A stretch of DNA of 40,284 bases, from positions 1 through 40,284 of the forward strand of contig DAOORA010000037.1 of the NCBI GenBank assembly GCA_035389045.1. Reading direction: 5' to 3'. The translations under genes and the position numbers were made by a program. Within the stretch, counting starts at the first letter, position 1; each line of letters opens with the position of its first letter. Under the pieces are notes generated by a model. That model searched no databases. It was not told the origin of the DNA and saw nothing but the letters and a program-made list of their open reading frames with translations. The stretch comes from Bacteroidales bacterium. GTDB taxonomy: Bacteria; Bacteroidota; Bacteroidia; Bacteroidales; CAIWKO01. This document shows, piece after piece, positions 1 through 9,222 of this stretch.

Positions 1-55
1 ACTTATACACAGTACTTTGCTTCATTTTGTTGATAACTTTCTTGCGGATTTAAGG
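1..55. mobile_element. Probable terminal end of an IS1380-family insertion sequence interrupting cmr6
   Basis: TGCGGATTTAAGG at 43-55 resembles, from memory, termini of Bacteroidota IS1380-family elements. Cmr6 similarity stops at this junction (..KYFSI|) and the window begins 55 nt further on. Confidence 0.45.
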
Positions 56-683
56 ATATGGAAAAATATTTTTCTTCGGGGTTCTCTTTTGTAATATCTT
101 TTATTCCCTCAAAAATCTCAGCAATCAATTGAAAGAAATATTCAATTTTATTTTCAACATCTATTTCTTCAGGCTGAATAGTTTGTGATAAAAAATCAGG
201 TTCATTAATTTTACCAAACAAAGCACTTAGCCATCTTGCTTTCGTTCTTTCTTTTTCTTTCTCTCCATCAGATTTGCCTGCAAAAACAAGGTTGCCTGTT
301 TTTTTATCTTTTTCAATAATTGGAAAGGCTGAACGTAACAACCCTTTAACCGAGCTGCCGGGAATTATGGGCAATCCTGTAACATAATCCAGATGAAACC
401 CGATTTTAAATTCTCCTATAGCACCAATACCATGTGTATATCCAGTGCCCATGAGTAACCCCGGATAAGTGGTTTTTAACTGAAAGGAGGTATTTACATT
501 TTTCTGATTTGGAACAACTACTTTTTTAAACCCAGAGAAAACTGCTTTCGTAAAAATGTCATTTTGTTTTTTAAAAAAATCATTGATCAATTCTCTTGTA
601 GATTCATCACTGGGTTTAATATTATGCCAGTATTCAAACTCATTGTAATATCCTTTATAGTACAGCCATGATAAATTTTTCAT
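3..683 (-). CDS. cmr6: Type III-B CRISPR RAMP protein Cmr6, 3'-truncated
   Basis: LKTTYPGLLMGTGYTH, IGFHLDYVTGLPIIPGSSVKGLLRSAF motifs and position after cmr5. The usual C-terminal half (D-F-DA, TPH, G-rich GxKTxxGYG loop) is missing and the last 17 aa look unrelated. Confidence 0.85.
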   Translation of the reverse strand: MKNLSWLYYKGYYNEFEYWHNIKPSDESTRELINDFFKKQNDIFTKAVFSGFKKVVVPNQKNVNTSFQLKTTYPGLLMGTGYTHGIGAIGEFKIGFHLDYVTGLPIIPGSSVKGLLRSAFPIIEKDKKTGNLVFAGKSDGEKEKERTKARWLSALFGKINEPDFLSQTIQPEEIDVENKIEYFFQLIAEIFEGIKDITKENPEEKYFSISLNPQESYQQNEAKYCV

Positions 684-695
684 AAACGATTATTT

Positions 696-1088
696 TTAGA
701 CTAGTGGAAATGTTCTAATCGACAATTTTAAAGCTATTGAAATGTTCAAAATCTCCTCAATCAATCTATCTGTTTTATATCGGTCGTCTTTGACATCTAT
801 AGCATATTTAAATAAATCCGGTTTGCCATTACAATTATTAAAAAAAGGTAATGATATAATTATTTCATAAACCCAGTTTATAACTTTTCTTCTGTCGGCT
901 TTAGAATTGGATTCTTCAGCGTAGTAAACAGCAAGTGTGGGCAATAAACCTGACATAATAATGCTGGCACCTAACGAAGAAAGATAGCCCTTATATTCTT
1001 TTGTTATGGGGTTATTATGATTTGCCGTATAATAACTATCAATTTGTTGAATAGCGCGTGGAATATGTTTCTCTATATTTGCTTTCAT
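696..1088 (-). CDS. cmr5: Type III-B small subunit Cmr5 (Cas11)
   Basis: Small helical protein between cmr4 and cmr6 with YKGYLSSLGASIIMSGLLPTLAVY. Start taken at ATG 1088 (MKANIEK), just after the cmr4 stop; the ORF track gives 1121. Confidence 0.85.
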   Translation of the reverse strand: MKANIEKHIPRAIQQIDSYYTANHNNPITKEYKGYLSSLGASIIMSGLLPTLAVYYAEESNSKADRRKVINWVYEIIISLPFFNNCNGKPDLFKYAIDVKDDRYKTDRLIEEILNISIALKLSIRTFPLV

Positions 1089-1092
1089 ATTT

Positions 1093-1848
1093 CTACATTT
1101 TTGAAATTTTACAAAAACCATAACCTACCGTGGCATTGGCACCAATTTGAACAACGTCACTTAGCAAATGAGTTTCAAATTCTGAGTTATAACCGGTTTC
1201 TTCATCAGGCACAGCAACAAAAAAGTAAAATTTGCTTCCACGAGGTACCACTTCCTCATACCAAAGATTTTCACTCTGTCCATTTTCTAATGAGTTTCTT
1301 GCAATAATAGGCAGGTTCTTCAATACAGTTATCATTTTTTCATTAGGAATAAAAGCAATATTATCACCTACTAAAGCAAGGGTAGCTATTTGCGTTGCAT
1401 CACCATATTCTGTTTGGGCATTTGTGTTCTCTGTTGATGGGATTGACATTTTATTAATGGCAGAGTCAAGTTTACCTGCTGAATTATTAAAGCAAGTAAG
1501 TAACCTTTCTGATGTGCCCAGATAATCTGAAACATTTCCTATACCACGAACAGGTATGGCAAACAAGCGTGCTTCAAAAAACCTGAGACACCCTTGCGAT
1601 AAGTTGTTCTGTTCTTTTTTATCAGAGCCAAAGTATTTAATAATTACAGGGCTATTTGTCGAATAAACGCAGTTTTCAAAATATTCCCTGACAGCCCCTT
1701 TTAAAGATGAAGCATGAATAATCGGTGTATTATCAACCTGGTCGCGTTGAATTTCTTTATCAACAATTCCGAAGTTGTCGCCACCACTGCCTACATGTAA
1801 ATTAGTAAGACATTCGATACAATACGGATAGATTTTAAATTTTTTCAT
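1093..1848 (-). CDS. cmr4: Type III-B backbone RAMP Cmr4 (Cas7)
   Basis: LTNLHVGSG..GIVDKEIQRD (catalytic Asp region), SSLKGAVR, ARNSLENGQSENLWYEEVVP, terminal QIGANATVGYG loop. Confidence 0.95.
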   Translation of the reverse strand: MKKFKIYPYCIECLTNLHVGSGGDNFGIVDKEIQRDQVDNTPIIHASSLKGAVREYFENCVYSTNSPVIIKYFGSDKKEQNNLSQGCLRFFEARLFAIPVRGIGNVSDYLGTSERLLTCFNNSAGKLDSAINKMSIPSTENTNAQTEYGDATQIATLALVGDNIAFIPNEKMITVLKNLPIIARNSLENGQSENLWYEEVVPRGSKFYFFVAVPDEETGYNSEFETHLLSDVVQIGANATVGYGFCKISKM

Positions 1849-1855
1849 TTTATTA

Positions 1856-3049
1856 TTATTTATTGATTATCAAATACTTATTATAGCCAATTTTATTAAA
1901 GGCATCACTCTTCAGCGCTTTTTCCACTTCATTTGTTTTGCCTGTATAGGGATACAAAACAGTTCCTCTTTTTAAGAGTGTCAGGTTTTCACCACTTTTG
2001 GTCACCCCCCCTTTTTGAAAGGCGACATAATTCACAGCATTTTTCTGCTGTGTAACAATATTTTGAAAATTAACATCATCATTGATTGTAAACAGGCAGT
2101 TTTCAATAACATCATTGGAACAAAAACAATTGCTCGTAAGTATAATCACATCATGCTCTCTACAATGATTTTCCTGAAAAGTTTTTTTATCAAAAATATT
2201 ATCAAAACTTTTTTCTTTTGCATCCGTAACTTCCATTTTAAAAAAACTGCGTTCGCCACCCATGGTGATAATTCTTGAACCAAACTCTTTGTCGTTTGGC
2301 AAGTCTAAATCTACAAAAAAAGCAAAGCAAAAATCGTTAGCCAGTTTGTAAAACACTTGTTTATAAAAATCGCCTTTATCATCACGTCTTTTTACTATTT
2401 CCCGATGAATACCAACCTGTTCATGTTTAATAAAAAACCCATTATCAAATCCATGAGTATCTTCGAATTCCAAAGGATCAACGTAATCCCATTGGCGTAA
2501 ATTTTTTCCATCACTGCTTACCCATAGCGAAACTAACCCATATTTCGGGTCGAATGGTTTATTATTTACAAGTAAAGACGGAATGCTTTTTGAATAATTT
2601 TCGAAAATGACAAAATCATTAGGTGCATTAAAGAAATCAACAATGACAGGTGCGATTTTCATATCCATTACCGCGCAATTATTGACTTTTTCATCTTTTT
2701 CCAATCCGTAATTTGCCCAATCAAGAGTCTGTGTTGTATAGTGTATATTTCCATCTGAAATAAAAACCGGGGAAATATTCTTAATAGCTCCAAAATCATC
2801 GACGAATTTATTATTTAGTTTCTGGAAACTATCTTCGCCAATTAGTAATTTCCATTCTTTTGCTATCGGGTCCGTACCTATCAAATTATTTTGAATCAGT
2901 AGTTCATGCCTGAGCATACCTAAAAGAGTAGTTTGCTGCGGTAAATAATTGGAACGGGCGAAGTAGTTTATTTTGCCATCGCCAAAAGTATTTTCTCCAC
3001 CAAAAAAGTATGGAGTCAATGGTTTTAAAGTGATTAGAATTTTATTCAT
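1856..3049 (-). CDS. cmr3: Type III-B Cmr3 (Cas5 group)
   Basis: LKPLTPYFFGGE, SNYLPQQTTLLGMLR, MGGERS and C-terminal IGYN motifs. Overlaps the cas10 stop; alternative start at 3058. Confidence 0.92.
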   Translation of the reverse strand: MNKILITLKPLTPYFFGGENTFGDGKINYFARSNYLPQQTTLLGMLRHELLIQNNLIGTDPIAKEWKLLIGEDSFQKLNNKFVDDFGAIKNISPVFISDGNIHYTTQTLDWANYGLEKDEKVNNCAVMDMKIAPVIVDFFNAPNDFVIFENYSKSIPSLLVNNKPFDPKYGLVSLWVSSDGKNLRQWDYVDPLEFEDTHGFDNGFFIKHEQVGIHREIVKRRDDKGDFYKQVFYKLANDFCFAFFVDLDLPNDKEFGSRIITMGGERSFFKMEVTDAKEKSFDNIFDKKTFQENHCREHDVIILTSNCFCSNDVIENCLFTINDDVNFQNIVTQQKNAVNYVAFQKGGVTKSGENLTLLKRGTVLYPYTGKTNEVEKALKSDAFNKIGYNKYLIINK

Positions 3050-4718
3050 GATTGTCATTTGCGTTTAAAAATTGAACAAATCTGAGGCAACTGTAAATTC
3101 TCGAAATCCTTTTATCTTCATGATTTTCGTCAACGGGTTTTTCATGGGCAAACCACGAAAATGTTTCGTGAATGATGTGTCTTACTGCCTCAAAAAATGC
3201 CTGATAATTTTTGTGTGATGCCTCATTGAAGTTTTCGTCAAAAAAGTATTTCAATTTATTCACATCATTTGCAATTTCAATTATTATTTTTTTCTGGTTA
3301 TTGATTTTGAACATAACAGAATTTAGAAAATTCTCATCCTTGCCCTTACTTTCGGTGCATAAATTCAGAAAGTAATAATACAATGGTGTATTTTGTGTGA
3401 AGCCAAAATCTAATGATTGCCCTGAATGTTTCTCCAGTTTCAGAGCAATGTAGTTTTTGCATGGCTGTTTTTTTGCATTATAAAACAATAGTTCGTAGCT
3501 CTCTGCAAGAATTTCATTCATCGGTTTCTTATAATACCCGACAGACAAACCAAAACTAAGGGAAACCGTTTTATCTTTCATATATTTGTTGACAATGGGC
3601 GCTAATTTTTCTTTAAACATAAAATTCAATCTGGTCATCAGAAAAAACACATTGTTGCCATTTACCCTATATTTTTCATTCTTCTCAGGAGGAAAAAGCT
3701 CCCGAAAATCTAAACCCTCAAATTCATATTTATCATTGGTTAATGGTGCAAAAAACAAGAGGTCGTCACCGCCCATATAAATTGGGAATGCTCCGTATTT
3801 TTTCAATTCACCGGCTGCACTGCTGACAAATTCGTTTAACGCATTAGAAAAGCTCATGATATCACCATTGTTTTTTTCAATTTCTCCGATGAGTGAACCT
3901 ACATTATCCCCATCTGCCTGAACAATGGTAAAATATTTGTGTCGAAATTTAAAATTGTCTTTAAATTCCGATTTCAATGCATTAATAATATTATCTTCAA
4001 TTTGTTCATCCTCTTTGTTTTGAGCTAATTGCTCAAAGTTAATTTCCCCATTTGACGTTTTAAGGTACTGAATACCTAAAGCGTTCCAATATTCAGAAGG
4101 GTGTTGTTTCTCAAGTTCTGTTGTAGAAATTTCAGGTATAGATTTAAACCGTTTAAATGTTTTAGATTTTGCACCACTGTATTTGACCAAAATTGGGGGT
4201 AAAATTTCATCATCGCCATATCCTTTTTCATATAAATTTTGAAAAAATTCAGGACTAACACTTTGGGTATTCCAATAATAATTAATATCAAATGTCTTGA
4301 TGCTGAAATACTTCTTTGAGAGTTCCAAACCATCCAATATTACATTTAACGACTTAATAGGATTGCATGCAATCTCTTTTTGTACAACATATATTTGAAA
4401 ATATGCTAATTCGTTCGGATTATACCCTGTCGCCAAACTAAATTCTTTAAGTGCAATTTCTTTATTATTGTTAATTTCAGTCTCTGTCATGGCTTTGTTG
4501 AGCTTGATATAACAACGGTCTGGATATACCCCAGCTCCATGCAGTGGTAATTTAACATTAGGACTTGGCGAAAGCAATTCCCCATGCTTACTGAATTCAT
4601 CAATAAGGTATTTCATTAAAAGCGAAAAACTGAAACTAGCACTCCAAAGCTCCCGGGTTTTGCGGGCTTGGGACATAGTTTTGTAGATAGGTCCGATGGT
4701 GAGGGCGAGGTATTTCAT
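3042..4718 (-). CDS. cas10: Type III-B Cas10/Cmr2, no HD nuclease domain, intact cyclase palm
   Basis: Starts directly at LTIGPIYKTMSQARKTRELWSAS (no HD domain); QADGDNVG and YMGGDD (3762-3773) palm motifs; 558 aa. Confidence 0.95.
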   Translation of the reverse strand: MKYLALTIGPIYKTMSQARKTRELWSASFSFSLLMKYLIDEFSKHGELLSPSPNVKLPLHGAGVYPDRCYIKLNKAMTETEINNNKEIALKEFSLATGYNPNELAYFQIYVVQKEIACNPIKSLNVILDGLELSKKYFSIKTFDINYYWNTQSVSPEFFQNLYEKGYGDDEILPPILVKYSGAKSKTFKRFKSIPEISTTELEKQHPSEYWNALGIQYLKTSNGEINFEQLAQNKEDEQIEDNIINALKSEFKDNFKFRHKYFTIVQADGDNVGSLIGEIEKNNGDIMSFSNALNEFVSSAAGELKKYGAFPIYMGGDDLLFFAPLTNDKYEFEGLDFRELFPPEKNEKYRVNGNNVFFLMTRLNFMFKEKLAPIVNKYMKDKTVSLSFGLSVGYYKKPMNEILAESYELLFYNAKKQPCKNYIALKLEKHSGQSLDFGFTQNTPLYYYFLNLCTESKGKDENFLNSVMFKINNQKKIIIEIANDVNKLKYFFDENFNEASHKNYQAFFEAVRHIIHETFSWFAHEKPVDENHEDKRISRIYSCLRFVQFLNANDNHE

Positions 4719-4721
4719 AAC

Positions 4722-6017
4722 TTATATTTTTGTCCAGGTGGAATTTAAAGAATTTATCAAAAAAGCATCAATGTCAAAACTACTTGGGATGTCTATATTA
4801 AATGAATGAGGTGTGCCTCCATTTTTTAATTTTAAGGTAATAGTTACCGTTTTGCCATAAATTGCAACAAAGGAGTTGTTTGGTATTAAATAAATATCAT
4901 TATTTATTACTTTAAATGTTATAGGGGACTGAAATCTTTCTAATCCTACAGCAGAGCCATCTATTTTTGCAACCATTTTATTTCCCCTATCAACCGGATT
5001 GCCAACCTGGAATTCAATTTGCTCTGCTAAACCTAATAAAGCCCGAATATATTGGTAGTTATTTGTTTGCTTATCAGTAAAACTATTGTAGTCACTACCT
5101 GTAGCATCAACAATATCAATCGGTTCATTTCTTTTGGTTAAATCAATACCATAAAATTTTGCTGCTTTGTTGGAGTTGAATTCTTGTTTTATTTTTCTCT
5201 TTTCCCATCTTATGGGGTTGGGTAGGTTTACGAAATATTCAAATAATTTTGATTTATTATATACACCATGGTTTATACCACTTTTTAAAAGTTGATATTC
5301 TTCCTTTATTATTTTAAAAATTGTGTTTATTCTAGTGTTGGCATTCCCATTAATACTTTTCTTAAAAGTGCCGGGGGGAAACATCCTCGTATTAATTTCT
5401 TGAGCAACACCATTCATTTTTGAAATAGTAAACGAGCCAAATCCTTTATTTTGCCTAGTTCCGAAATTTGTTTGAAGAAAGAATGAAACAATATGTTTTT
5501 CAATTTCACCTGAAATTTCCTTTGATAATGTTATAATTTCCAAACTAATACCACTATTACTTTGTTTTGCAAGTGCAACTTCATTAAGTTTGCTTCTAGT
5601 TCTATCAATCGCATTTTGATTAAATTTAATCTTATCTTCGTTTGCAAAGTAAAGAGTTGGAGCTATAATATTATTTATATTAATACTAAGTGAAGTGGCA
5701 ATAGCAATCTTCTTTTCAGGATTATTTTGTTCAAGTGCGAGAGGCAAAAATAAGGTTTCATCATTATTTTTTTCTTGAATCTTCATTTTATAATTCAAAG
5801 CCGGATGCTCTCCATTACCAACCAACCATTTTTTCCATTCGGGATTTTCTTTAAATTTATCGAATGCTGACTTTCCTTTTATTCCCGTCAATTTCTCAAT
5901 AATAAACCTATCCAGTTTTGGTTTTACTTCGGTTGCTCTTAGGGTAGCCCCATCCTGCTCGTGCTGGAAGTGGATAATAGGCGTGTGCTGTTTTAATGTA
6001 AAATTGATTGTGTACAT
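4722..6017 (-). CDS. cmr1: Type III-B RAMP Cmr1 (Bacteroidota type)
   Basis: LKQHTPIIHFQ..GATLRATEVKPKLDRFI, NFGTRQNKGFGSF, RALLGLA, RFQSPITFK; directly upstream of cas10. Confidence 0.88.
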   Translation of the reverse strand: MYTINFTLKQHTPIIHFQHEQDGATLRATEVKPKLDRFIIEKLTGIKGKSAFDKFKENPEWKKWLVGNGEHPALNYKMKIQEKNNDETLFLPLALEQNNPEKKIAIATSLSININNIIAPTLYFANEDKIKFNQNAIDRTRSKLNEVALAKQSNSGISLEIITLSKEISGEIEKHIVSFFLQTNFGTRQNKGFGSFTISKMNGVAQEINTRMFPPGTFKKSINGNANTRINTIFKIIKEEYQLLKSGINHGVYNKSKLFEYFVNLPNPIRWEKRKIKQEFNSNKAAKFYGIDLTKRNEPIDIVDATGSDYNSFTDKQTNNYQYIRALLGLAEQIEFQVGNPVDRGNKMVAKIDGSAVGLERFQSPITFKVINNDIYLIPNNSFVAIYGKTVTITLKLKNGGTPHSFNIDIPSSFDIDAFLINSLNSTWTKI

Positions 6018-6022
6018 AGCTG

Positions 6023-6625
6023 TTATTGGTTTTCAGTTTGAGTACCTGTATTGTTTTCTTTTTTATTTTTTTCTGTTGGTTTTTTTTCAAGAATTTCTTT
6101 TAAAATATTGGTGTCTATTTTCTCTTCCTGCACCTCCACTTTTTTATCGCCTTCTCCGGTTATTGTTTTGGTTTTAACCTTTGCCAATTCAAGCATTTTG
6201 GCATAATCGGCAAAAGCGGTTCGATTTTCTTCGTAGTCTTGCCTTCTCTTTTTCTCTTCATCCGAAATCTCGTTTTTCGAACCGTTTTCTGTTGGGGTTT
6301 CCTGCCGGCAATTTTCCCGGCAATAAAATGCAAACTGAATCTGCTGGTATATGTTCATCACCAAAATAACAACACCGCCGACCAATAGCAAAATCAATGC
6401 AGCGCAAAATAAAATTTGTACTACACCAGCACTTATAATCTTATCAAAGGAATAAACTGACCCAGCCTTCACTACCACCGTGCTTACATAGTCGCCAATG
6501 CACTTATTAAAACAACAAACCAAAACAAACCCCAGCAATGCTAATACAATTAATATATATGCATGCCATGCAAGACAGGGAAATTTGTGGTATTTATATT
6601 GTTTACCATTTGTTTTATCGTCCAT
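6023..6625 (-). CDS. Hypothetical membrane protein, two N-terminal TM segments and a charged C-terminal tail
   Basis: Hydrophobic runs AYILIVLALLGFVLVCCF and VVQILFCAALILLLVGGVVILVM, then a K/E-rich region. Its stop is 5 nt before the cmr1 start. Confidence 0.7.
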   Translation of the reverse strand: MDDKTNGKQYKYHKFPCLAWHAYILIVLALLGFVLVCCFNKCIGDYVSTVVVKAGSVYSFDKIISAGVVQILFCAALILLLVGGVVILVMNIYQQIQFAFYCRENCRQETPTENGSKNEISDEEKKRRQDYEENRTAFADYAKMLELAKVKTKTITGEGDKKVEVQEEKIDTNILKEILEKKPTEKNKKENNTGTQTENQ

Positions 6626-6718
6626 TTACAATTTTTTTTCAAAAATAAAAATTAAAACTATATACAAATTATTTTTTAATAAAAAAACTTATTAACTATT
6701 TAAATGTATAAAGATTAG

Positions 6719-8464
6719 CTATTTAACTGTATAAAAACAAATGGCAGAAATCAGAGTGAGTATAACGACAAGCAAAGAAATCAGGATAATACCGGTTTTC
6801 TTCAACCTGGTTCCGGCCTGAATTGATTTTCCTCTCAAAATAAGATAAAAAATACCCGCGCTCATAAACATGGCCGGCGTCACCAACCATAAAGTCCATA
6901 AATTCACTTCAAAACCAGGTTTTGAAATATTAAACATATTCATGCCGAAAAAGGATGCAATAAAAGAGGGTATCACAAATAAAGCCCCGATAATAGTCAA
7001 CAGCGCAATATTTTTGTTTTGCTTTTCCTCTTCCACCAGATTAACATAGTTATGCAGCTCACTAATCTCTCCATCCAGATCATGAACGTGCCCTTTAATA
7101 TTCATAACCTCCTGCATCAGGTTATAGAGTTCAATTCCCTGCTCCTGAGCCGTAATTTCACGAAAATATATTTTGTTCACAAACCGCAGGTACTGCTTAT
7201 ACAGGCTGCTGACTTTGCCGGGTAAATACTTACTTTCTTTATCCTTCATGGCCGATATGGCCGTTACTTCATCGGAGAACCGCAAAACGCAGGCTCGTTG
7301 AAGCAGGCATAATTCGGTCATTTTATAATACATGGTCTGCACATGATTGAGCAGGAAGGCAGAATTATATTCTTTGAGTTTTTCCAAAGATGAAGTAAGG
7401 CATACAAAGGAATATCTGGAAACACCGAAAATAGTACCAAAATTCAACCATCGCACATTGGTGTGTTTTTCCAGAAATTGTGATGACATCTTGCTGTTCT
7501 GGCAAGTCATCATGCCGCTTCCGTCAACAAAAATATACTTATACAACCATTCATTGGTTAGATATGCCGGCGAGGTCATATCATATTTACCATCCTTTTG
7601 GGGAGGAATTAAATTGCCGGACAATTCGTCATTTCCATACCAGCAAATAACAAACATTCTGTCGTCGAGCAAGGGTTCTATGTTAATCTTCGTTGATCCG
7701 TTATCTGCATCCATTTTGTTATGAGCCAGGGGTACCTGATTAAACAAGCTATCCATAAATGCCGGCAGCCTGAGCACTCCCTGCCTGAAATAAGCGGGAT
7801 CGGTATACACTGAGAAATCTTCTATGCCTGTAATGCTTATTTCGATTTCATCGGCAAGTTCAGCATTCTTTACAGCAGTCAATCCCTTTGTAAAATCAAC
7901 ATAATCATACTGTTCAGGACTGCCGGTTACACCCCGGTCCATGCCAAAAAAAGGAGGAAAAAGCCGCCTGCCATGCTGGTTAATGTTCAGAATATCATCG
8001 GGGCTGGCCTGATCTGCATTACGGTTGTTAAGATGAAACGATAACACACCCACGCCCGTATTGTACAAATGCAGCAATATGGAGTCGATTAGCAGATGAT
8101 AGGTTTTTACGACTCCCTGCTTGTTTAGCCTAATAGAGTAAACCGCCTCATCCATTTTAATATCATAACTGAAATGTGCAATAAATTGCTCATCTGCTTT
8201 TTCCCGGCTAATCTCCGGCACCTTTTTGACGTCGTACATTGCCTGCCTGACAAAGTCATAAAAATAGTTGTATTCGTTATAGTTCAACACTGTATCGGGT
8301 ACAAACTGATTTTGTTTCCAGGGTGTTTTATCCAAAAAAGAAACAAAATCCTTCAGATTGGTTTTTTCTTCAAAGTTTTTACTAACGTAGTTTTTTCCGG
8401 TATAACTCCATTGAAATGGAAATAAAAATACGTGATAACTGTACAGTTCACATGGTTGATTCAT
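6719..8464 (-). CDS. corA: CRISPR-associated CorA-family membrane effector
   Basis: Large N-terminal soluble domain (YSYHVFLFPF, DDRMFV, RW..FGT.FGVSRYSF, EITAQEQGIELY) and C-terminal TM helices with the CorA GMN motif (ASFFGMN); adjacent to cmr genes. Confidence 0.9.
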   Translation of the reverse strand: MNQPCELYSYHVFLFPFQWSYTGKNYVSKNFEEKTNLKDFVSFLDKTPWKQNQFVPDTVLNYNEYNYFYDFVRQAMYDVKKVPEISREKADEQFIAHFSYDIKMDEAVYSIRLNKQGVVKTYHLLIDSILLHLYNTGVGVLSFHLNNRNADQASPDDILNINQHGRRLFPPFFGMDRGVTGSPEQYDYVDFTKGLTAVKNAELADEIEISITGIEDFSVYTDPAYFRQGVLRLPAFMDSLFNQVPLAHNKMDADNGSTKINIEPLLDDRMFVICWYGNDELSGNLIPPQKDGKYDMTSPAYLTNEWLYKYIFVDGSGMMTCQNSKMSSQFLEKHTNVRWLNFGTIFGVSRYSFVCLTSSLEKLKEYNSAFLLNHVQTMYYKMTELCLLQRACVLRFSDEVTAISAMKDKESKYLPGKVSSLYKQYLRFVNKIYFREITAQEQGIELYNLMQEVMNIKGHVHDLDGEISELHNYVNLVEEEKQNKNIALLTIIGALFVIPSFIASFFGMNMFNISKPGFEVNLWTLWLVTPAMFMSAGIFYLILRGKSIQAGTRLKKTGIILISLLVVILTLISAICFYTVK

Positions 8465-8475
8465 GGTTGTAATTT

Positions 8476-9222
8476 TTATTTGATTATTTCTATAATTTCA
8501 TTAACATTTGTGTATTCTGCCCTGATTCCAAAAAAGCCATCCTCTCCTCCTCCATACCATGCGTTTTTCGCCGTTACTAATTCATGAAAATGCAGGGCAA
8601 ATTTATCAGTTCCTTCTCCGTAGTAGCAATAATTGGTTTCGTTATAAATCAAAAGCTTTTGGAAAGGAAACAAGCGGTCGGTGATGGTCGAAAAAAAGCT
8701 GGTTAAAGATCTCACCACAGTAATGCCATTTTCCACTTGCATATTTTCCCTTATTGACTTTTCAGCTAGTTTTTCATCAAGAGGTTTGGCTCCCTGCGCT
8801 TTGCGGTCGGCTTTACGTATCCGTTCAATTTCCACTTTGCCTGCTCCGAGTTTTTGCATGGCAGGGATGTATCCCTTGTCATTGGCGGCAATAAGCATTT
8901 GCCTTTTGGAAAGTTTTATCTTCAGCAGGCTGGCAAGCTGTTCTATGGATGAATCATTATTACTGTTTTCGTTATGATGATCTATTTCAATATATTTCTT
9001 TGGATGGTCAATATCTATGATTAATTCTATACCAACAAATGTTTTATCATCATCAAAACAATCTTTATAAGAACTTAATTTTGCACCCCACGTCAAATTC
9101 CTGTCATAAAAATCAACTTCATTTTTTAGGTTTTTTCTTTCAAGAATATTCCTGATTTCGAGCATTTCCAGGTCATGCCCTCCCAAAAGAAAAATGCAGG
9201 ATAAGAGTTCTTTATCTTTCAT
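8476..9222 (-). CDS. nrn: NrN-like DHH-family phosphodiesterase (candidate signal-degrading enzyme)
   Basis: FLLGGHDLEM, LTWGAKLSSY, IEIDHH (8974-8982), SSIEQ, IAANDKGYIPAM; 11 nt upstream of corA, the usual nrn-corA arrangement. Confidence 0.82.
   Translation of the reverse strand: MKDKELLSCIFLLGGHDLEMLEIRNILERKNLKNEVDFYDRNLTWGAKLSSYKDCFDDDKTFVGIELIIDIDHPKKYIEIDHHNENSNNDSSIEQLASLLKIKLSKRQMLIAANDKGYIPAMQKLGAGKVEIERIRKADRKAQGAKPLDEKLAEKSIRENMQVENGITVVRSLTSFFSTITDRLFPFQKLLIYNETNYCYYGEGTDKFALHFHELVTAKNAWYGGGEDGFFGIRAEYTNVNEIIEIIK

Noticed and set aside
6640..6668. Internal promoter for the 2TM-cmr block
   Set aside because: TATTTTTG matches the -7 consensus, but spacing to TTTG is 17 nt, it is very close to the ATG and the region is extremely AT-rich; unsupported.
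6719..8464. Ordinary Mg2+ transporter CorA
   Set aside because: At 581 aa with a large distinct N-terminal domain and nrn/cmr neighbours it fits the CRISPR-associated clade.
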